Source: Candidatus Dormiibacterota bacterium
Lineage (GTDB): Bacteria; Chloroflexota; Dormibacteria; Aeolococcales; Aeolococcaceae
Direction of reading: 5' to 3'
Length of the DNA: 64,000 nt
Assembly: GCA_003142035.1 (NCBI GenBank)
Contig: PLOF01000107.1
Span: 31,013 to 95,012 of the forward strand
In this document: positions 18,469 through 28,068 of the stretch, one piece after another
How the letters are laid out: every line of letters begins with the position of its first letter
How positions within the stretch are numbered: position 1 is the first letter of the stretch
The notes under the pieces: generated by a model
Told to the model about the DNA's origin: nothing
The model's database searches: none
Seen by the model: only the letters and a program-made list of their open reading frames with translations
Position numbers and translations under genes: made by a program

Positions 18469-19272
18469 TCAACGGGATGTGTCCTCGCCAACGACGCTAC
18501 CACGGTTGCCCCTTCCCTGCGGCGGGAACAGCAGTTTGACCAGGTCGGAGAGCCGGTCGATCACCGCGTCCGCGTCGCCCGGCCCGGGGTCGTCCCGATG
18601 CTCGCGGGTCCGGATGCCGGCCATCCCCGCGGCACGCGCGCCGGCGATGTCCTCGCGGCGGCGGTCTCCCACCATCGCGCAGAGGCTCGCCTCGACACCC
18701 AGGCCGTCCAGGGCGGCGGCGAAGATCTGGGGAGCCGGCTTGCGCCAGCCGATCTCACTGGAGAAGGTCTCGCTGTCGAAGAGGCCGGCCAGCCCGAGGT
18801 GTGCGAGCTGGAGGCGGAGGTTGACGGCACGGTAGGGGGCGTTGGAGCAGATGCCGAGACGGAGGCCACGTCGCCTGAGCTCCTCCAGGGTGCTCACCGT
18901 CGCAGGTGACACGGCGACCCCCTCCCACCAGGCCTGCTGCACCAGCGCGGCAACCACGTCACTCTGCTCATCGGACAGCCGGATGCCGAGTGCCGCATAC
19001 GCGTGACGCTCCTCCACCACGGCATCGATCTCCTTGAGGGCGCCGGTCGCCTCGTGGCGCGCCACCCTGGCCTCAACGCGGTCGTGCACCTCGGCGAGGA
19101 GCGTCGCGGCGGATGGAAGCGGACCCACTCCGGACGCGCGGAGCCGCCGGATGACCTCCTCGTGGGCTCGAAGCAGGGCTTCGGAGGGGCGGGTGAAGCT
19201 GACCAGGGTCAGCCCGTAGTCGAAGAGGAGCGCCTCGACCGTGCACCCACCGAGTCGGGCGCCCGGCCGCAT
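18469..19272 (-). CDS. HAD-IA family hydrolase (motif I is FDYGLT, second Asp replaced by Gly)
   Basis: LLFDYGLTL, motif II S/T, and the C-terminal GDxxxD region MVGDRRREDIAGARAAG. Start codon overlaps the stop of the upstream 127-aa ORF (ATGA). Confidence 0.7.
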   Translation of the reverse strand: MRPGARLGGCTVEALLFDYGLTLVSFTRPSEALLRAHEEVIRRLRASGVGPLPSAATLLAEVHDRVEARVARHEATGALKEIDAVVEERHAYAALGIRLSDEQSDVVAALVQQAWWEGVAVSPATVSTLEELRRRGLRLGICSNAPYRAVNLRLQLAHLGLAGLFDSETFSSEIGWRKPAPQIFAAALDGLGVEASLCAMVGDRRREDIAGARAAGMAGIRTREHRDDPGPGDADAVIDRLSDLVKLLFPPQGRGNRGSVVGEDTSR

Positions 19273-19655
19273 CAGTGGGGCTGCTGGCCGCGTCCAGGCC
19301 CGCCCCGGTGCTTCCTCCCCGAGACCCTTCTCCGCCGGCGCCGTCCGGAGCCGCCAGGTGCCGCCGAGCGGGCAAAGCGGTCATAAAAGGTCTTAGAGGG
19401 GTGAGCCTCGGTGGAGACTCGAGCCATCGCCCCGGGCGCGGCCTCAACCCGGGCGGCGTACTCGCCAAGCAGCGCCTCCAGGGGCCGCTTGTTGCTCGCC
19501 GACGGGGACGCGGTCTCCGCCCAGGGTTGCACGGTCGAGGTCTCAGCCTCCGGGGGTGGTGCCTCTTCCTCGCCGGGGACCGAGTCGATCAGCTCCTTGA
19601 TCGCGCGGGCGACCACCTCGTCCGAGCTGCCGGCTCCGTTGGCGCGGTCGCTCAT
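19272..19655 (-). CDS. hypothetical protein (acidic N-terminus, Arg-rich C-terminus)
   Basis: 127 aa. ATGA overlaps with both neighbours (NUDIX stop at its start, HAD start at its stop), arguing for real translation. Confidence 0.45.
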   Translation of the reverse strand: MSDRANGAGSSDEVVARAIKELIDSVPGEEEAPPPEAETSTVQPWAETASPSASNKRPLEALLGEYAARVEAAPGAMARVSTEAHPSKTFYDRFARSAAPGGSGRRRRRRVSGRKHRGGPGRGQQPH

Positions 19656-20224
19656 GGTGATGTCGAGCTCCGCTCGCGGGCGCTCGTCGCCATCGGGAAC
19701 CCGGCCAGTGCCAGGCCGGCGATCGTCTTCACGTCAACGGCGTCCTCGGCGATCAGTTGGCCGGTCTCGGCCTCGGTGAAGAGCTGGGCGATCACGTGCT
19801 CGTCCGGGTCGGTGTGCGTCTCACCGGGGCTGAGGCGGCGTGCCGCGAAGAAGTGGAGCAGCTCCCCGCTGTATCCCGGTGCCGTCGGGCCCATGGCGAG
19901 TCGCTCCCAGATCTCCGCCGTGTATCCGGTCTCCTCGGCCAGCTCGCGGCGAGCCGCCGACTCGGGCTCCTCGCCGGGGGTCAGGGTGCCCGCCGGGATC
20001 TCCCACAGCGCCCTACCGATGGCGTGGCGCCACTGGCGCACCAGCACGACGCGGCCGTCGGCGTCGGTGGCCACGATCGCGACCGCCCCGGGGTGCTCGA
20101 CGATCTCTCGCCCGGCGAGATTGCCGTCGGCGGTCTCCACGGTGTCGTCATGGACGGTGAGCAACCGGCCCTGGAATACGGTCCGCCGCTCCACGGGGTG
20201 TTCCCTGAGCAAGTCGTCGATCAT
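19652..20224 (-). CDS. NUDIX hydrolase (ADP-ribose pyrophosphatase-like)
   Basis: From MIDDLLREHPVERRTVFQG: Nudix box GTLTPGEEPESAARRELAEETGY, resembling NudF/ADPRase. 190 aa. Confidence 0.8.
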   Translation of the reverse strand: MIDDLLREHPVERRTVFQGRLLTVHDDTVETADGNLAGREIVEHPGAVAIVATDADGRVVLVRQWRHAIGRALWEIPAGTLTPGEEPESAARRELAEETGYTAEIWERLAMGPTAPGYSGELLHFFAARRLSPGETHTDPDEHVIAQLFTEAETGQLIAEDAVDVKTIAGLALAGFPMATSARERSSTSP

Positions 20225-20478
20225 GGTCCGAAGTCTGACAGCAGCCGCACGGGGCCGGTCACGGAGGGGCCGAGGGCCACACGCTCGCCGAGCGGCTGTG
20301 GTAGGGTGCCCGGGTCGCGGATCGATCCGATCGCATCCTGCACGGCGGAGTTGGCCCCGCCGGTCCGAGGCCCACCACCTCACCTCGGTGGAACGGAGAC
20401 CCAGCTGAGCCGTCCTCCGCCAGTCGCGCAGCGAAGCGACGAGGGGAACGGTCGGGGCGGTCAGGGGAGATCATCTCG

Positions 20479-21162
20479 ATGCGGACTGCGATGCGCCTTC
20501 CAGAGTGGGCAAGCCGGCGCGCCGGCGCGCTGGCGCGGTCGGTGCCTCGCCTGGGCCAGCCACTCCACGGGCTCGGCCGCCGCAGTGGCCGAATCTGGAT
20601 TCCGCGGCGCCTCGGGGAGTTGACGGTCGGGATTGCCATCCTGCCACTGAGCGCCGTGCTGACCCTGACCGTGACGGCGTTCTCGGGCCCCTCCACGGTC
20701 CAGATCCAGGGCCCGCCGATCAGTTCCGCCGGCTCCCTCCTCCGCTTCCACATCCTGCCTCTCGGCGACCCGTTGAACGCGGGGACCGGGGTGATCAGCG
20801 CGCCGGTGCTCGCCAGCCTTCCCCCTGCCCCCAAGCTCTCCCCCCTTCAGGTGGTCGAGGGCACGGAGATCCCCGCCGACACCTACTCCACCGCCGAGGT
20901 GGAGGCCATCATCACGCAGGCGGCTGAGGCGGACGGGGTCAACCCTGCCTGGATGATCAGCACCGCCACGTGCGAGTCCACTCTCCACCCCAATTCGTAC
21001 AACCCCTCCGGCCCCTACTACGGCCTGTTCCAGTTCGTCATGTCCACCTTCAAGGCTCATGGGGGCACTGACATCTGGGACCCGGTCCAGCAGTCCGACA
21101 TTGCGGCGAGCATGTTCGCCTCCGGGGACTCCTCGGCCTGGCCGGTCTGCTCACTGGCCTGA
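20479..21162 (+). CDS. secreted Rpf-like (resuscitation-promoting factor / transglycosylase-like) domain protein
   Basis: C-terminal WMISTATCESTLHPNSYNPSGPYYGLFQFVMSTFKAHGG...SAWPVCS matches the Rpf lytic transglycosylase fold (CES catalytic Glu, YYG.QF, WP.CS). Hydrophobic signal/anchor near residues 38-60. SD GGGGAG lies 9 nt upstream. Confidence 0.7.
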   Translation: MRTAMRLPEWASRRAGALARSVPRLGQPLHGLGRRSGRIWIPRRLGELTVGIAILPLSAVLTLTVTAFSGPSTVQIQGPPISSAGSLLRFHILPLGDPLNAGTGVISAPVLASLPPAPKLSPLQVVEGTEIPADTYSTAEVEAIITQAAEADGVNPAWMISTATCESTLHPNSYNPSGPYYGLFQFVMSTFKAHGGTDIWDPVQQSDIAASMFASGDSSAWPVCSLA

Positions 21163-21222
21163 GGCCGCCGGTTTCCTTTCAGCTCTGCCGCTCGCCCGCG
21201 GTTGCGCGGCCGGTGACCGGCC

Positions 21223-22002
21223 TCAGCTGATCTCCGTCGCGTAGACCTGGCACGACGCCGGCGTGGCACTGACCAGGACGGGCACCGAGCTGGCCGCCGA
21301 GGCCCCTCCCAGCCACACGGTTTCCATGAGCCCGCCGCCGACGATGGCCCCGGCACTGTCCTCGCAGGCTGCGGACAGGCTCAGCACCGTCCCTGACGGG
21401 ACCTGCCCGCTCAGGGTTGCAGAGGCGTCCCCCTCGTATCCGGTCGTTCCCGCACAGGGGGAGCCGCACGCGTACGTCGCCGAGGTCGCGGTCATGACGG
21501 CGCGATCTCCGGTCTCCCAGCCTCCGACAGTCACAGAGACGGTGGTGCTGGTGGCCCGGGCGCACGAGTCGGTGCACAGGGCAGTGACCGCCAGGGTCTC
21601 CCCCGCCGCCAGCGACACCGGCTCCGCGGTGAGGGAGTACGTCCCGCCCGGGAACTGGACCGCGAAGCTGACCACCACCCCGGTGGCGACGTGCGCGGAG
21701 GCCTGATTGCGCAGCACGGCCACCGGGTACGCCTGGAGGTCGTATGCCCCCACTCCCGAGGCCGTCACCGTCACCTGTTCCGTGTCCGGGGCGGAACTGG
21801 GGGCCGCCGTCGCCACGGTTGACGGCGTCGGCGAGTGCGAGGGGGTGGGTGTCGCCGAGGAGTGCGGGATCGTCCCCGCGCACGCGGTCATCGCGAGGGC
21901 CACGAGGGCGACTGGCAGGTGCCGCAACACACGGCGATGGTAGACATTCGGCCGGCGCCCCTGGGCCGTCGCCGTGGAGACGCGCGACGGGCGGGGGAGC
22001 AA
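21223..22002 (-). CDS. secreted Ser/Thr/Ala-rich protein with Cys pairs
   Basis: Signal peptide RRVLRHLPVALVALAMTACAG. Low-complexity TPTPSHSPTPS linker followed by a beta-rich domain with several Cys. Confidence 0.5.
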   Translation of the reverse strand: MLPRPSRVSTATAQGRRPNVYHRRVLRHLPVALVALAMTACAGTIPHSSATPTPSHSPTPSTVATAAPSSAPDTEQVTVTASGVGAYDLQAYPVAVLRNQASAHVATGVVVSFAVQFPGGTYSLTAEPVSLAAGETLAVTALCTDSCARATSTTVSVTVGGWETGDRAVMTATSATYACGSPCAGTTGYEGDASATLSGQVPSGTVLSLSAACEDSAGAIVGGGLMETVWLGGASAASSVPVLVSATPASCQVYATEIS

Positions 22003-22039
22003 CGCGCTCCTCCGCCCGCCACTACGGGTCGAGATCCGC

Positions 22040-22786
22040 CTAGCTCGTGAGGTCGGTGCGGATGGCCTGGAGGTCGGTCTTGCACTTGCCGAGGTCGGAT
22101 CGGGCCGCCTGGGCCCGGTCGCGGGCCGAGACGAGCGTCGGCTGGTTGCCGGGGTAGCCGGAGGGCAGCAGGTAGATCACCTCGGAGACGATGCCCGACG
22201 ATGCCGACTGGGCGGCAGCCAGCTGGGTGGCGCAGTCGTCGAACGCGGTCTGCGCCAACGCCTTCTGTGGGCTCGAGGCGCGGCTGTCGGTGATCTCGGT
22301 CTGGATGGAGGGCAGCTTCGACTGGAGGTTGGATCCGACGGTCGTCTCGGTGTCGGCGGCGATCACCAGATGCACCTTGGGCTGTTCGAGCAGGAATACC
22401 CGGTAACCGGTGACGATCGTCTGGGTGTCGGCGAGCGCCTTGGCCACCGTGGTGTCGGCGTCGATGGTGGCGAGCAGCGTCTGGAGGCCGCTCTCGTCAG
22501 CCGAGATCTGCCCGAGCAGGGTCGCCTTGTCGCTCGAGGTGATGTCCTTGCTGTGGTTGACGTCCGTGGTCATCTTTTGAAGCGCGGCCTCCCGCGCCGA
22601 GACCGCGCTGGAGGCGCGCTGGTCGATGCACGCCAAGCGGGTGGCGACACTGCCCGAGCACGCGCCCGGGGTGGCGGTCGGAGAGGGACTGGTCGCGGCC
22701 ATGGCGGGCAGGACGCCTGTGGCGGCGAGGGCGGCGCTCACCGCCAAGGCGGCGATGCCGATGCGGACGGGATGGTGCAGCTTCAT
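22040..22786 (-). CDS. secreted hypothetical protein
   Basis: Signal peptide MKLHHPVRIGIAALAVSAALAATG...AMA. 248 aa, Ala/Thr/Ser/Gln-rich, probably helical. Confidence 0.5.
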   Translation of the reverse strand: MKLHHPVRIGIAALAVSAALAATGVLPAMAATSPSPTATPGACSGSVATRLACIDQRASSAVSAREAALQKMTTDVNHSKDITSSDKATLLGQISADESGLQTLLATIDADTTVAKALADTQTIVTGYRVFLLEQPKVHLVIAADTETTVGSNLQSKLPSIQTEITDSRASSPQKALAQTAFDDCATQLAAAQSASSGIVSEVIYLLPSGYPGNQPTLVSARDRAQAARSDLGKCKTDLQAIRTDLTS

Positions 22787-22911
22787 TGGGCCGGGTCTCC
22801 TTTTCGTCTGAAGGTGGACCCCATGCTGGCACCGGTCAGACGGCGACTCCCTGAGAGGCCGCTGAAACCCTGGCCACGATGCGGTGGTGGCGCGTCTTTC
22901 TCAGCCGCGCC

Positions 22912-23478
22912 TCAGCTGTGAGTGCCGAACTCGCTGCGCCGGAAGAGCGCGTGCAAGGGCAGGGACCGCGCCCGCAGGGCCGCCTCGGCACCCTCCTCGC
23001 GGTCGACCAGGACGATGGCCTCCGCCACCAGCACGCCGGTGGGCGCGAGCGCCTCCAGGGCGCGGAAGGCCGATCCTCCGGTGGTGACGACATCTTCGAC
23101 GAGGGCCACCCGCTCACCCTTGACCGGCACCGGCCCCGCGATCTTGGCCGCGGTGCCGTGCACCTTCTCCACCTTGCGGATCATGAAGGCCCGGAGCGGC
23201 GGGTCCGAGCCGGCTCCGCTCAGGGCCACGATCGCTCCGAGGAGCGGGCCTACCCCGTCGTCTCCGGCCACCGCGGTGACAGCCAGCTCGCGGCAGCGTG
23301 TCAGCATCAGAGACGCCGCCAGGAAGAGACCGCGGCCCTCCAGGGTCACCTGCTTGCCGTCGAAGAAGTAATCGCTCCGCCTCCCGCTCGCGAGTACGAA
23401 GTCCCCCCAGCGGAAGGCGCGCTCGGCGAGAAGCTGGTGCAGCTCGTCGCGCGGGACGGTCACTCCGCCCGTCTCCAC
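22912..23478 (-). CDS. pyrE: orotate phosphoribosyltransferase
   Basis: FRWGDFVLASGRRSDYFFDGKQVTL plus PRPP-binding loop VALVEDVVTTGGS. 188 aa. Confidence 0.9.
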   Translation of the reverse strand: METGGVTVPRDELHQLLAERAFRWGDFVLASGRRSDYFFDGKQVTLEGRGLFLAASLMLTRCRELAVTAVAGDDGVGPLLGAIVALSGAGSDPPLRAFMIRKVEKVHGTAAKIAGPVPVKGERVALVEDVVTTGGSAFRALEALAPTGVLVAEAIVLVDREEGAEAALRARSLPLHALFRRSEFGTHS

Positions 23479-24971
23479 CGCAACACCGGCCGGCGCGCGG
23501 CCTCCACCTCGTCGACGCGGCTGACCGGCGTCAGATACGGCGCGCCGCGGACGTGGTCGAGATCTCTCTCGGCCTCCGCCACGATGGCCGCGCAGACATC
23601 GGCGAGCAGGTCGAGACTGCGCATGGACTCCGTCTCGGTCGGCTCGAACATGAGGGCTTCCGGGATCGTGGTGGGGAAGTATGCGGTCGGTGCGTAGACC
23701 CCGTAATCGAGCAGCCGCTTGGCCACGTCCAGGGCACGCAGTCCCACCACCCGGCTCCCCTTGGTGGTCGCAACGAACTCGTGCATGGAGTCGGAGGCCA
23801 CCGCCATCGGGAAGATCCCGCGCAGCCGCGACTGGAGATAGCGGGCGTTGAGGACGGCGTTCTCGGCCACCGCGGAGATGGACGAGCCGTAGGCACGGAT
23901 GTAGGCGTAGGCGCGCACCAGCATCCCGAAGTTGCCGTAGTAGGACCGCACCTTGCCGATGGACTGAGGGCGGTCGTGGTCCAGCAGGAAGCGGTCGCCG
24001 TCCCTCTCCACCGTGGGCGTCGGCAGGAAGGCGGCGAGTGCCTCCGCGACCCCGACCGGGCCGCTCCCCGGCCCGCCCCCGCCGTGAGGTGTCGAGAAGG
24101 TCTTGTGCAGGTTGAGGTGGACGACGTCGAAGCCCATGTCACCGGGGCGGGCAAGCCCGACCAGGGCGTTGAGATTGGCGCCGTCGTAGTACAGCAACGC
24201 GCCCGCCTCGTGAGCGATGCGGGCGATCTCCAGGATGTCCTTCTCGAAGACACCGAGGGTGTTGGGATTGGTCATCATGATCGCGGCGACCGAGCTGTCC
24301 AGATGCCGGGCGACGTCGGCGACATCCACGGTGCCATCGGCGTTGCTCCGGATGGTCACCACCTCGAGGCCCGCCAGCGCTGCCGAGGCCGGGTTTGTCC
24401 CATGTGCGGAGTCGGGGATGAGCACCCGGGTCCGGTGCGTGTCCTCATGCGCTGCGTGATACGCCTGGATCATCCGCAACCCGGTCCACTCGCCATGGGC
24501 TCCGGCGGCGGGCTGGAGGGAGATCCGGGCCATCCCGGTGATCTCACAGAGCAGCCGCTCCAGCTCCCACATCAGCTGCAGCGCGCCCTGGACGTCGCCG
24601 GCATCCTGGTAGGGGTGGATGTCCGCGAAACCGGGCAACCTCGCCAGTTCCTCGTCGACCACCGGGTTGTACTTCATGGTGCAGCTGCCCAGCGGGTAGA
24701 TCCCCTGGTGCAGGTTGTGGTTGCGACGGGCGAGACGTCCCAGGTGCCGGGCGAGCACCGGCTCGGGAACCGCCGGGACGGCCGCCGGGCTGGCGCGGAG
24801 CGCCACACCGGGCAGGAGCTCGGCGAGGGGTCGGTCCGCGACACCGGTCTCCACCTCTCGCGGCCCCCTCTCCAGGTCGCCGCCCAGCTCGAAGACGAGC
24901 GGCTCCTCGCCCGCCCATTCGGGCGCCGGCACCTGTCTCATCTCCATGCCCGGTTCGGTGGCCTCGCTCAT
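23460..24971 (-). CDS. gcvPB: glycine dehydrogenase (decarboxylating) subunit 2
   Basis: From MSEATEPGMEM. PLP-Lys region HLNLHKTFSTPHGGGGPG. About 503 aa. Its start overlaps the gcvPA stop. Confidence 0.9.
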   Translation of the reverse strand: MSEATEPGMEMRQVPAPEWAGEEPLVFELGGDLERGPREVETGVADRPLAELLPGVALRASPAAVPAVPEPVLARHLGRLARRNHNLHQGIYPLGSCTMKYNPVVDEELARLPGFADIHPYQDAGDVQGALQLMWELERLLCEITGMARISLQPAAGAHGEWTGLRMIQAYHAAHEDTHRTRVLIPDSAHGTNPASAALAGLEVVTIRSNADGTVDVADVARHLDSSVAAIMMTNPNTLGVFEKDILEIARIAHEAGALLYYDGANLNALVGLARPGDMGFDVVHLNLHKTFSTPHGGGGPGSGPVGVAEALAAFLPTPTVERDGDRFLLDHDRPQSIGKVRSYYGNFGMLVRAYAYIRAYGSSISAVAENAVLNARYLQSRLRGIFPMAVASDSMHEFVATTKGSRVVGLRALDVAKRLLDYGVYAPTAYFPTTIPEALMFEPTETESMRSLDLLADVCAAIVAEAERDLDHVRGAPYLTPVSRVDEVEAARRPVLRWRRAE

Positions 24972-26302
24972 CGGTTCACCGTCACCGGACCTGCGAAGCG
25001 GGACGCCGCCTCGACGTACCGGTTCAGGGAGGCGGGGGTGCTCGTCTCGGTGCAGCAGACCAGGAGCTGCTCGCGGCGGTCCGGGTCGAATCGCCCGAGC
25101 GGCAGGCCGGCGACGATTCCCTGGTGGCGCATCGCCCTGGCGAACTCCTCGGCGTCGCCGGGGACCAGGAGCGCGAACTCCCACAGGTAGGGGCGCGCCG
25201 GCTCGGCCAGCTCGAAGCCGTCCAGGGCGCTCAGCCGGCCGGCCAGGGCGTGGGCGCGCTGGACACTGATCTCGGCCACCCGCCGCATCCCGGCTCCCCC
25301 CATCCTGGCCATGTAGACGGTCGCCGCCAGGGCGGTCAGGGCGTGGTTGGTGCAGATGTTGGAGGTCGCCTTCTCGCGGCGGATGTGCTGCTCCCGTGCC
25401 TGCAGGGTCAGCGTGTAGGCACGCCGGCCGTGGCGGTCATGGGTGAGCCCGACCAGACGTCCCGGCATCCGCCGCATCAGCTCCTGCCGCACCGCCATGA
25501 AGCCGAGGTGGGGCCCGCCGAAGGACGGTGGGACGCCGAGCGGCTGGCCGTCCCCGACCGTGATGTCGAAACCGAGGTCTCCGGGCGGGGTGACCAGTGC
25601 GCAGGCGATCGGGTCCGCGCTGCAGATCGAGATGGCTCCGACCGCCCTGGCGGCCTGGGCCACCGGGGCGAGCTCCTCCACCGTTCCGAGAAACCCGGGC
25701 AGGGCGACCACGGCGCATGCATCGCCGGCTCCCACGCTCGTGCTCACGTCGTCGGTGGTCACCACCTCGACCCCGCGACCCCGCCCGTAGGTGCGGATCA
25801 CGGCGAGCGTCTCAGGGTGCAGGTCGGCGGCAGCGACCACCCGGTCTCGCCCGGTCTGGGCCACGGCCATCATCACGCCCTCGGCGGCTGCCGTCGCGCC
25901 GTCGTAGAGGGAGGCGTTGGCGACGTCCATGCCGGTGAGTTCGCAGATCATCGACTGGAACTCGAAGATGGTCTGCAGCGTGCCCTGGGATGCCTCGGCC
26001 TGGTAGGGCGTGTAGGCCGTGTAGAACTCGGGACGTGCGATCGCGGCTCGGACGATGGCCGGCACGTAGCGGCGGTAGACGCCCGCTCCGAGGAAGGAGT
26101 CCAGCGATCCGAGGGGATGGTTGCGGCTCGCCAGGTGCTCCAGCTCGGTGACCAGGTCCTGCTCGGCGAGCGGCTCCGGGAGGGTCAGCCGGGGATGGCG
26201 CAGTCGCTCCGGGATCGTCGCGAACAGCTCCTCCACACTCGCGGCACCGATCGCCTCGAGCATCTGCCGACGCTCAGCGGCTCCGTTGGGGAGGTAGGCC
26301 AT
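24968..26302 (-). CDS. gcvPA: glycine dehydrogenase (decarboxylating) subunit 1
   Basis: From MAYLPNGAAERRQMLEAIG... with FYTAYTPYQAEASQGTLQ. About 444 aa. Confidence 0.9.
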   Translation of the reverse strand: MAYLPNGAAERRQMLEAIGAASVEELFATIPERLRHPRLTLPEPLAEQDLVTELEHLASRNHPLGSLDSFLGAGVYRRYVPAIVRAAIARPEFYTAYTPYQAEASQGTLQTIFEFQSMICELTGMDVANASLYDGATAAAEGVMMAVAQTGRDRVVAAADLHPETLAVIRTYGRGRGVEVVTTDDVSTSVGAGDACAVVALPGFLGTVEELAPVAQAARAVGAISICSADPIACALVTPPGDLGFDITVGDGQPLGVPPSFGGPHLGFMAVRQELMRRMPGRLVGLTHDRHGRRAYTLTLQAREQHIRREKATSNICTNHALTALAATVYMARMGGAGMRRVAEISVQRAHALAGRLSALDGFELAEPARPYLWEFALLVPGDAEEFARAMRHQGIVAGLPLGRFDPDRREQLLVCCTETSTPASLNRYVEAASRFAGPVTVNR

Positions 26303-26321
26303 GGCTGTCGCGATCCCGATA

Positions 26322-26537
26322 TCAGGACATGTCAGGCCACGGGGTACCCGCGGCCTCTTCGCCCTCATCGGCCTCGTTGCGCTGCCGGTATCGCTCGGCC
26401 ACCATCTTGTAGGCGACGCTCTTGGGGAGCCCCAGCTTGACCAGGGACTTGACCTCGTCGGCCATTACCTTGTCTCGCGCCGTCTCGATGGAGGCGATGA
26501 CGTCATCGATGCTAACCGTGCTCACTCGCTTGGACAC
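26322..26537 (-). CDS. small hypothetical protein (71 aa, helical, acidic C-terminus)
   Basis: MSKRVSTVSIDDVIASIETARDKVMADEVKSLVKLGLPKSVAYKMVAERYRQRNEADEGEE. Locally lower GC but clear codon periodicity. Wedged between the ROK kinase stop and the gcvPA start. Confidence 0.45.
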   Translation of the reverse strand: MSKRVSTVSIDDVIASIETARDKVMADEVKSLVKLGLPKSVAYKMVAERYRQRNEADEGEEAAGTPWPDMS

Positions 26538-26541
26538 CCCG

Positions 26542-27402
26542 TCACTGTACCAGCGTTGCGGGCGGCGCCAAACCTCGGACGAGGGTCAGCGCACCCCAGA
26601 CGTTCCGGTCGTCGCCCAACTCGGCCCGCCGGATCTCCGGCGGAGGCTGGAGAAAGAGGCTCTCTCCGACGGTCCGCCGCAGCTCCACCTCGAATCTCCC
26701 CCAGGCCTTGACGACCCCGCCTCCGAAGATCACGGCGTCGCAGTCGAGCAGGGCCACCGTGTTGACCACCGCCAATCCCAGCCAGCGGCCGATGTCGGCC
26801 CAGGCCGACGGGTCGTCCAGGTCCTCCGGTGCGACGCCGAAGCGCCTGCGGATGGCGTTGCCGCTGGCGAGGGCCTCCAGGCAGCCGTGGCCACCGCAGT
26901 GGCACTCCGGGCCGCCCAGGTGCGCGGGCCAGAGCACCTGGTGGCCCGCCTCGGTGTCGTGGCGGGCGATCACCAGCTCGCCATCGCGCACCGCGCCGGC
27001 ACCGATTCCGGTGCTCACCGTGTAGTAGACGACGGTCGGGAAGCCGCGCCCGGCCCCGAAGCGTGCCTCAGCGAGGGCGGCACAGTTGGCGTCGTTCTCG
27101 GCGAACACGGGGCAGCCGAAGTGCCTGCCCAAGGTCGCCCGGAGGTCCAGGCCGTGCCAGGCCTCCGACAGCCCGGGCGGGTTGAGGAGCATCGCCCGCT
27201 CGCGGTCAAAGGGGCCGGGGGTCGCCACCGCGATCGCCTCCAGCCCGCTTCCGCCGCGGACGCTGTCGAGCATCGCGGAGAGGAAGCCCCCCGGGTCCCC
27301 TCCGGTCGGGGTGGGCAGCACGATCGGTGTCCCCGGCAGGCCGCGTTCGCCGGTGACGCTCGCCAGGCACTTGGTCCCGCCGATGTCGACGAGCCCGATC
27401 AC
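26542..27402 (-). CDS. ROK family sugar kinase (glucokinase-like)
   Basis: MIGLVDIGGTKCLASV... with ROK Zn motif HLGGPECHCGGHGCLEALASG. 286 aa. Confidence 0.85.
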   Translation of the reverse strand: MIGLVDIGGTKCLASVTGERGLPGTPIVLPTPTGGDPGGFLSAMLDSVRGGSGLEAIAVATPGPFDRERAMLLNPPGLSEAWHGLDLRATLGRHFGCPVFAENDANCAALAEARFGAGRGFPTVVYYTVSTGIGAGAVRDGELVIARHDTEAGHQVLWPAHLGGPECHCGGHGCLEALASGNAIRRRFGVAPEDLDDPSAWADIGRWLGLAVVNTVALLDCDAVIFGGGVVKAWGRFEVELRRTVGESLFLQPPPEIRRAELGDDRNVWGALTLVRGLAPPATLVQ

Positions 27403-27405
27403 TGG

Positions 27406-28068
27406 TCAGTCATCCGCGCCCTGGTCCGGTGGCGCGTTGCGCGCGGGATCGGAGGCCGGGGCTGCCGAGCGCCCCCGGCCCCGGACCCACCAGACGACGA
27501 CCACCGCCACCAGCGCCACGGCCAGGACGATGCCCGCGTCGCCGATCGGGCCCGAGATGCGGTTCCAGTTCTTCCCGCCCTCGTAGCCGGCGACGCCCAG
27601 AGCCACGGTCCAGGGCACGGTGCCGAGGAAGGTCATCGCGGTGAAGGTGGTGATCCGGATCCGGGCCAGCCCGGCGGGAAACGAGATGTAGGTCCTGATC
27701 ACGGGGAGGAATCGGCCCCAGAAGACGGCGCCGGTCCCGTGCCGGCGAAACCATCGGTCGGCCATCTCGACATGGTCGGGGCGGATCCCGATGTACCGTC
27801 CCGGTCCGAGCAGCACCGGCTCGCCGAGCCATGCCGCCAGCCCGTAGGCGATGAGCGACCCCACCACGTTGCCCACGATGCCGACGACCACGACCGCCAC
27901 CAGGTTGAGCGAGCCGGTCGAGGCGAGGTAGCCGGCGACCGGCATGATCACCTCGCTCGGGAACGGGACACCGACGCACTGCACGGTCATGAGCAAGAGG
28001 ATGGCCAGGAGCCCATAGGTCCCGACCCACCCCTGGACGAGGCTGTCAATGCTGGCGACGGCGTGCAT
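27406..28068 (-). CDS. DedA family membrane protein
   Basis: DedA/SNARE-associated signature VPFPSEVIMPVAGYLA...FWGRFLPVIRTYISFPAG. 220 aa. Confidence 0.8.
   Translation of the reverse strand: MHAVASIDSLVQGWVGTYGLLAILLLMTVQCVGVPFPSEVIMPVAGYLASTGSLNLVAVVVVGIVGNVVGSLIAYGLAAWLGEPVLLGPGRYIGIRPDHVEMADRWFRRHGTGAVFWGRFLPVIRTYISFPAGLARIRITTFTAMTFLGTVPWTVALGVAGYEGGKNWNRISGPIGDAGIVLAVALVAVVVVWWVRGRGRSAAPASDPARNAPPDQGADD

Noticed and set aside
26540-26720. Possible glycine riboswitch (GGAGAG / CTCTCC-like strings) upstream of gcvPA
   Set aside because: - The strings lie inside the ROK kinase coding sequence.
- They do not form the conserved P1-P3 aptamer architecture.
- No intergenic space exists upstream of gcvPA or the small ORF.
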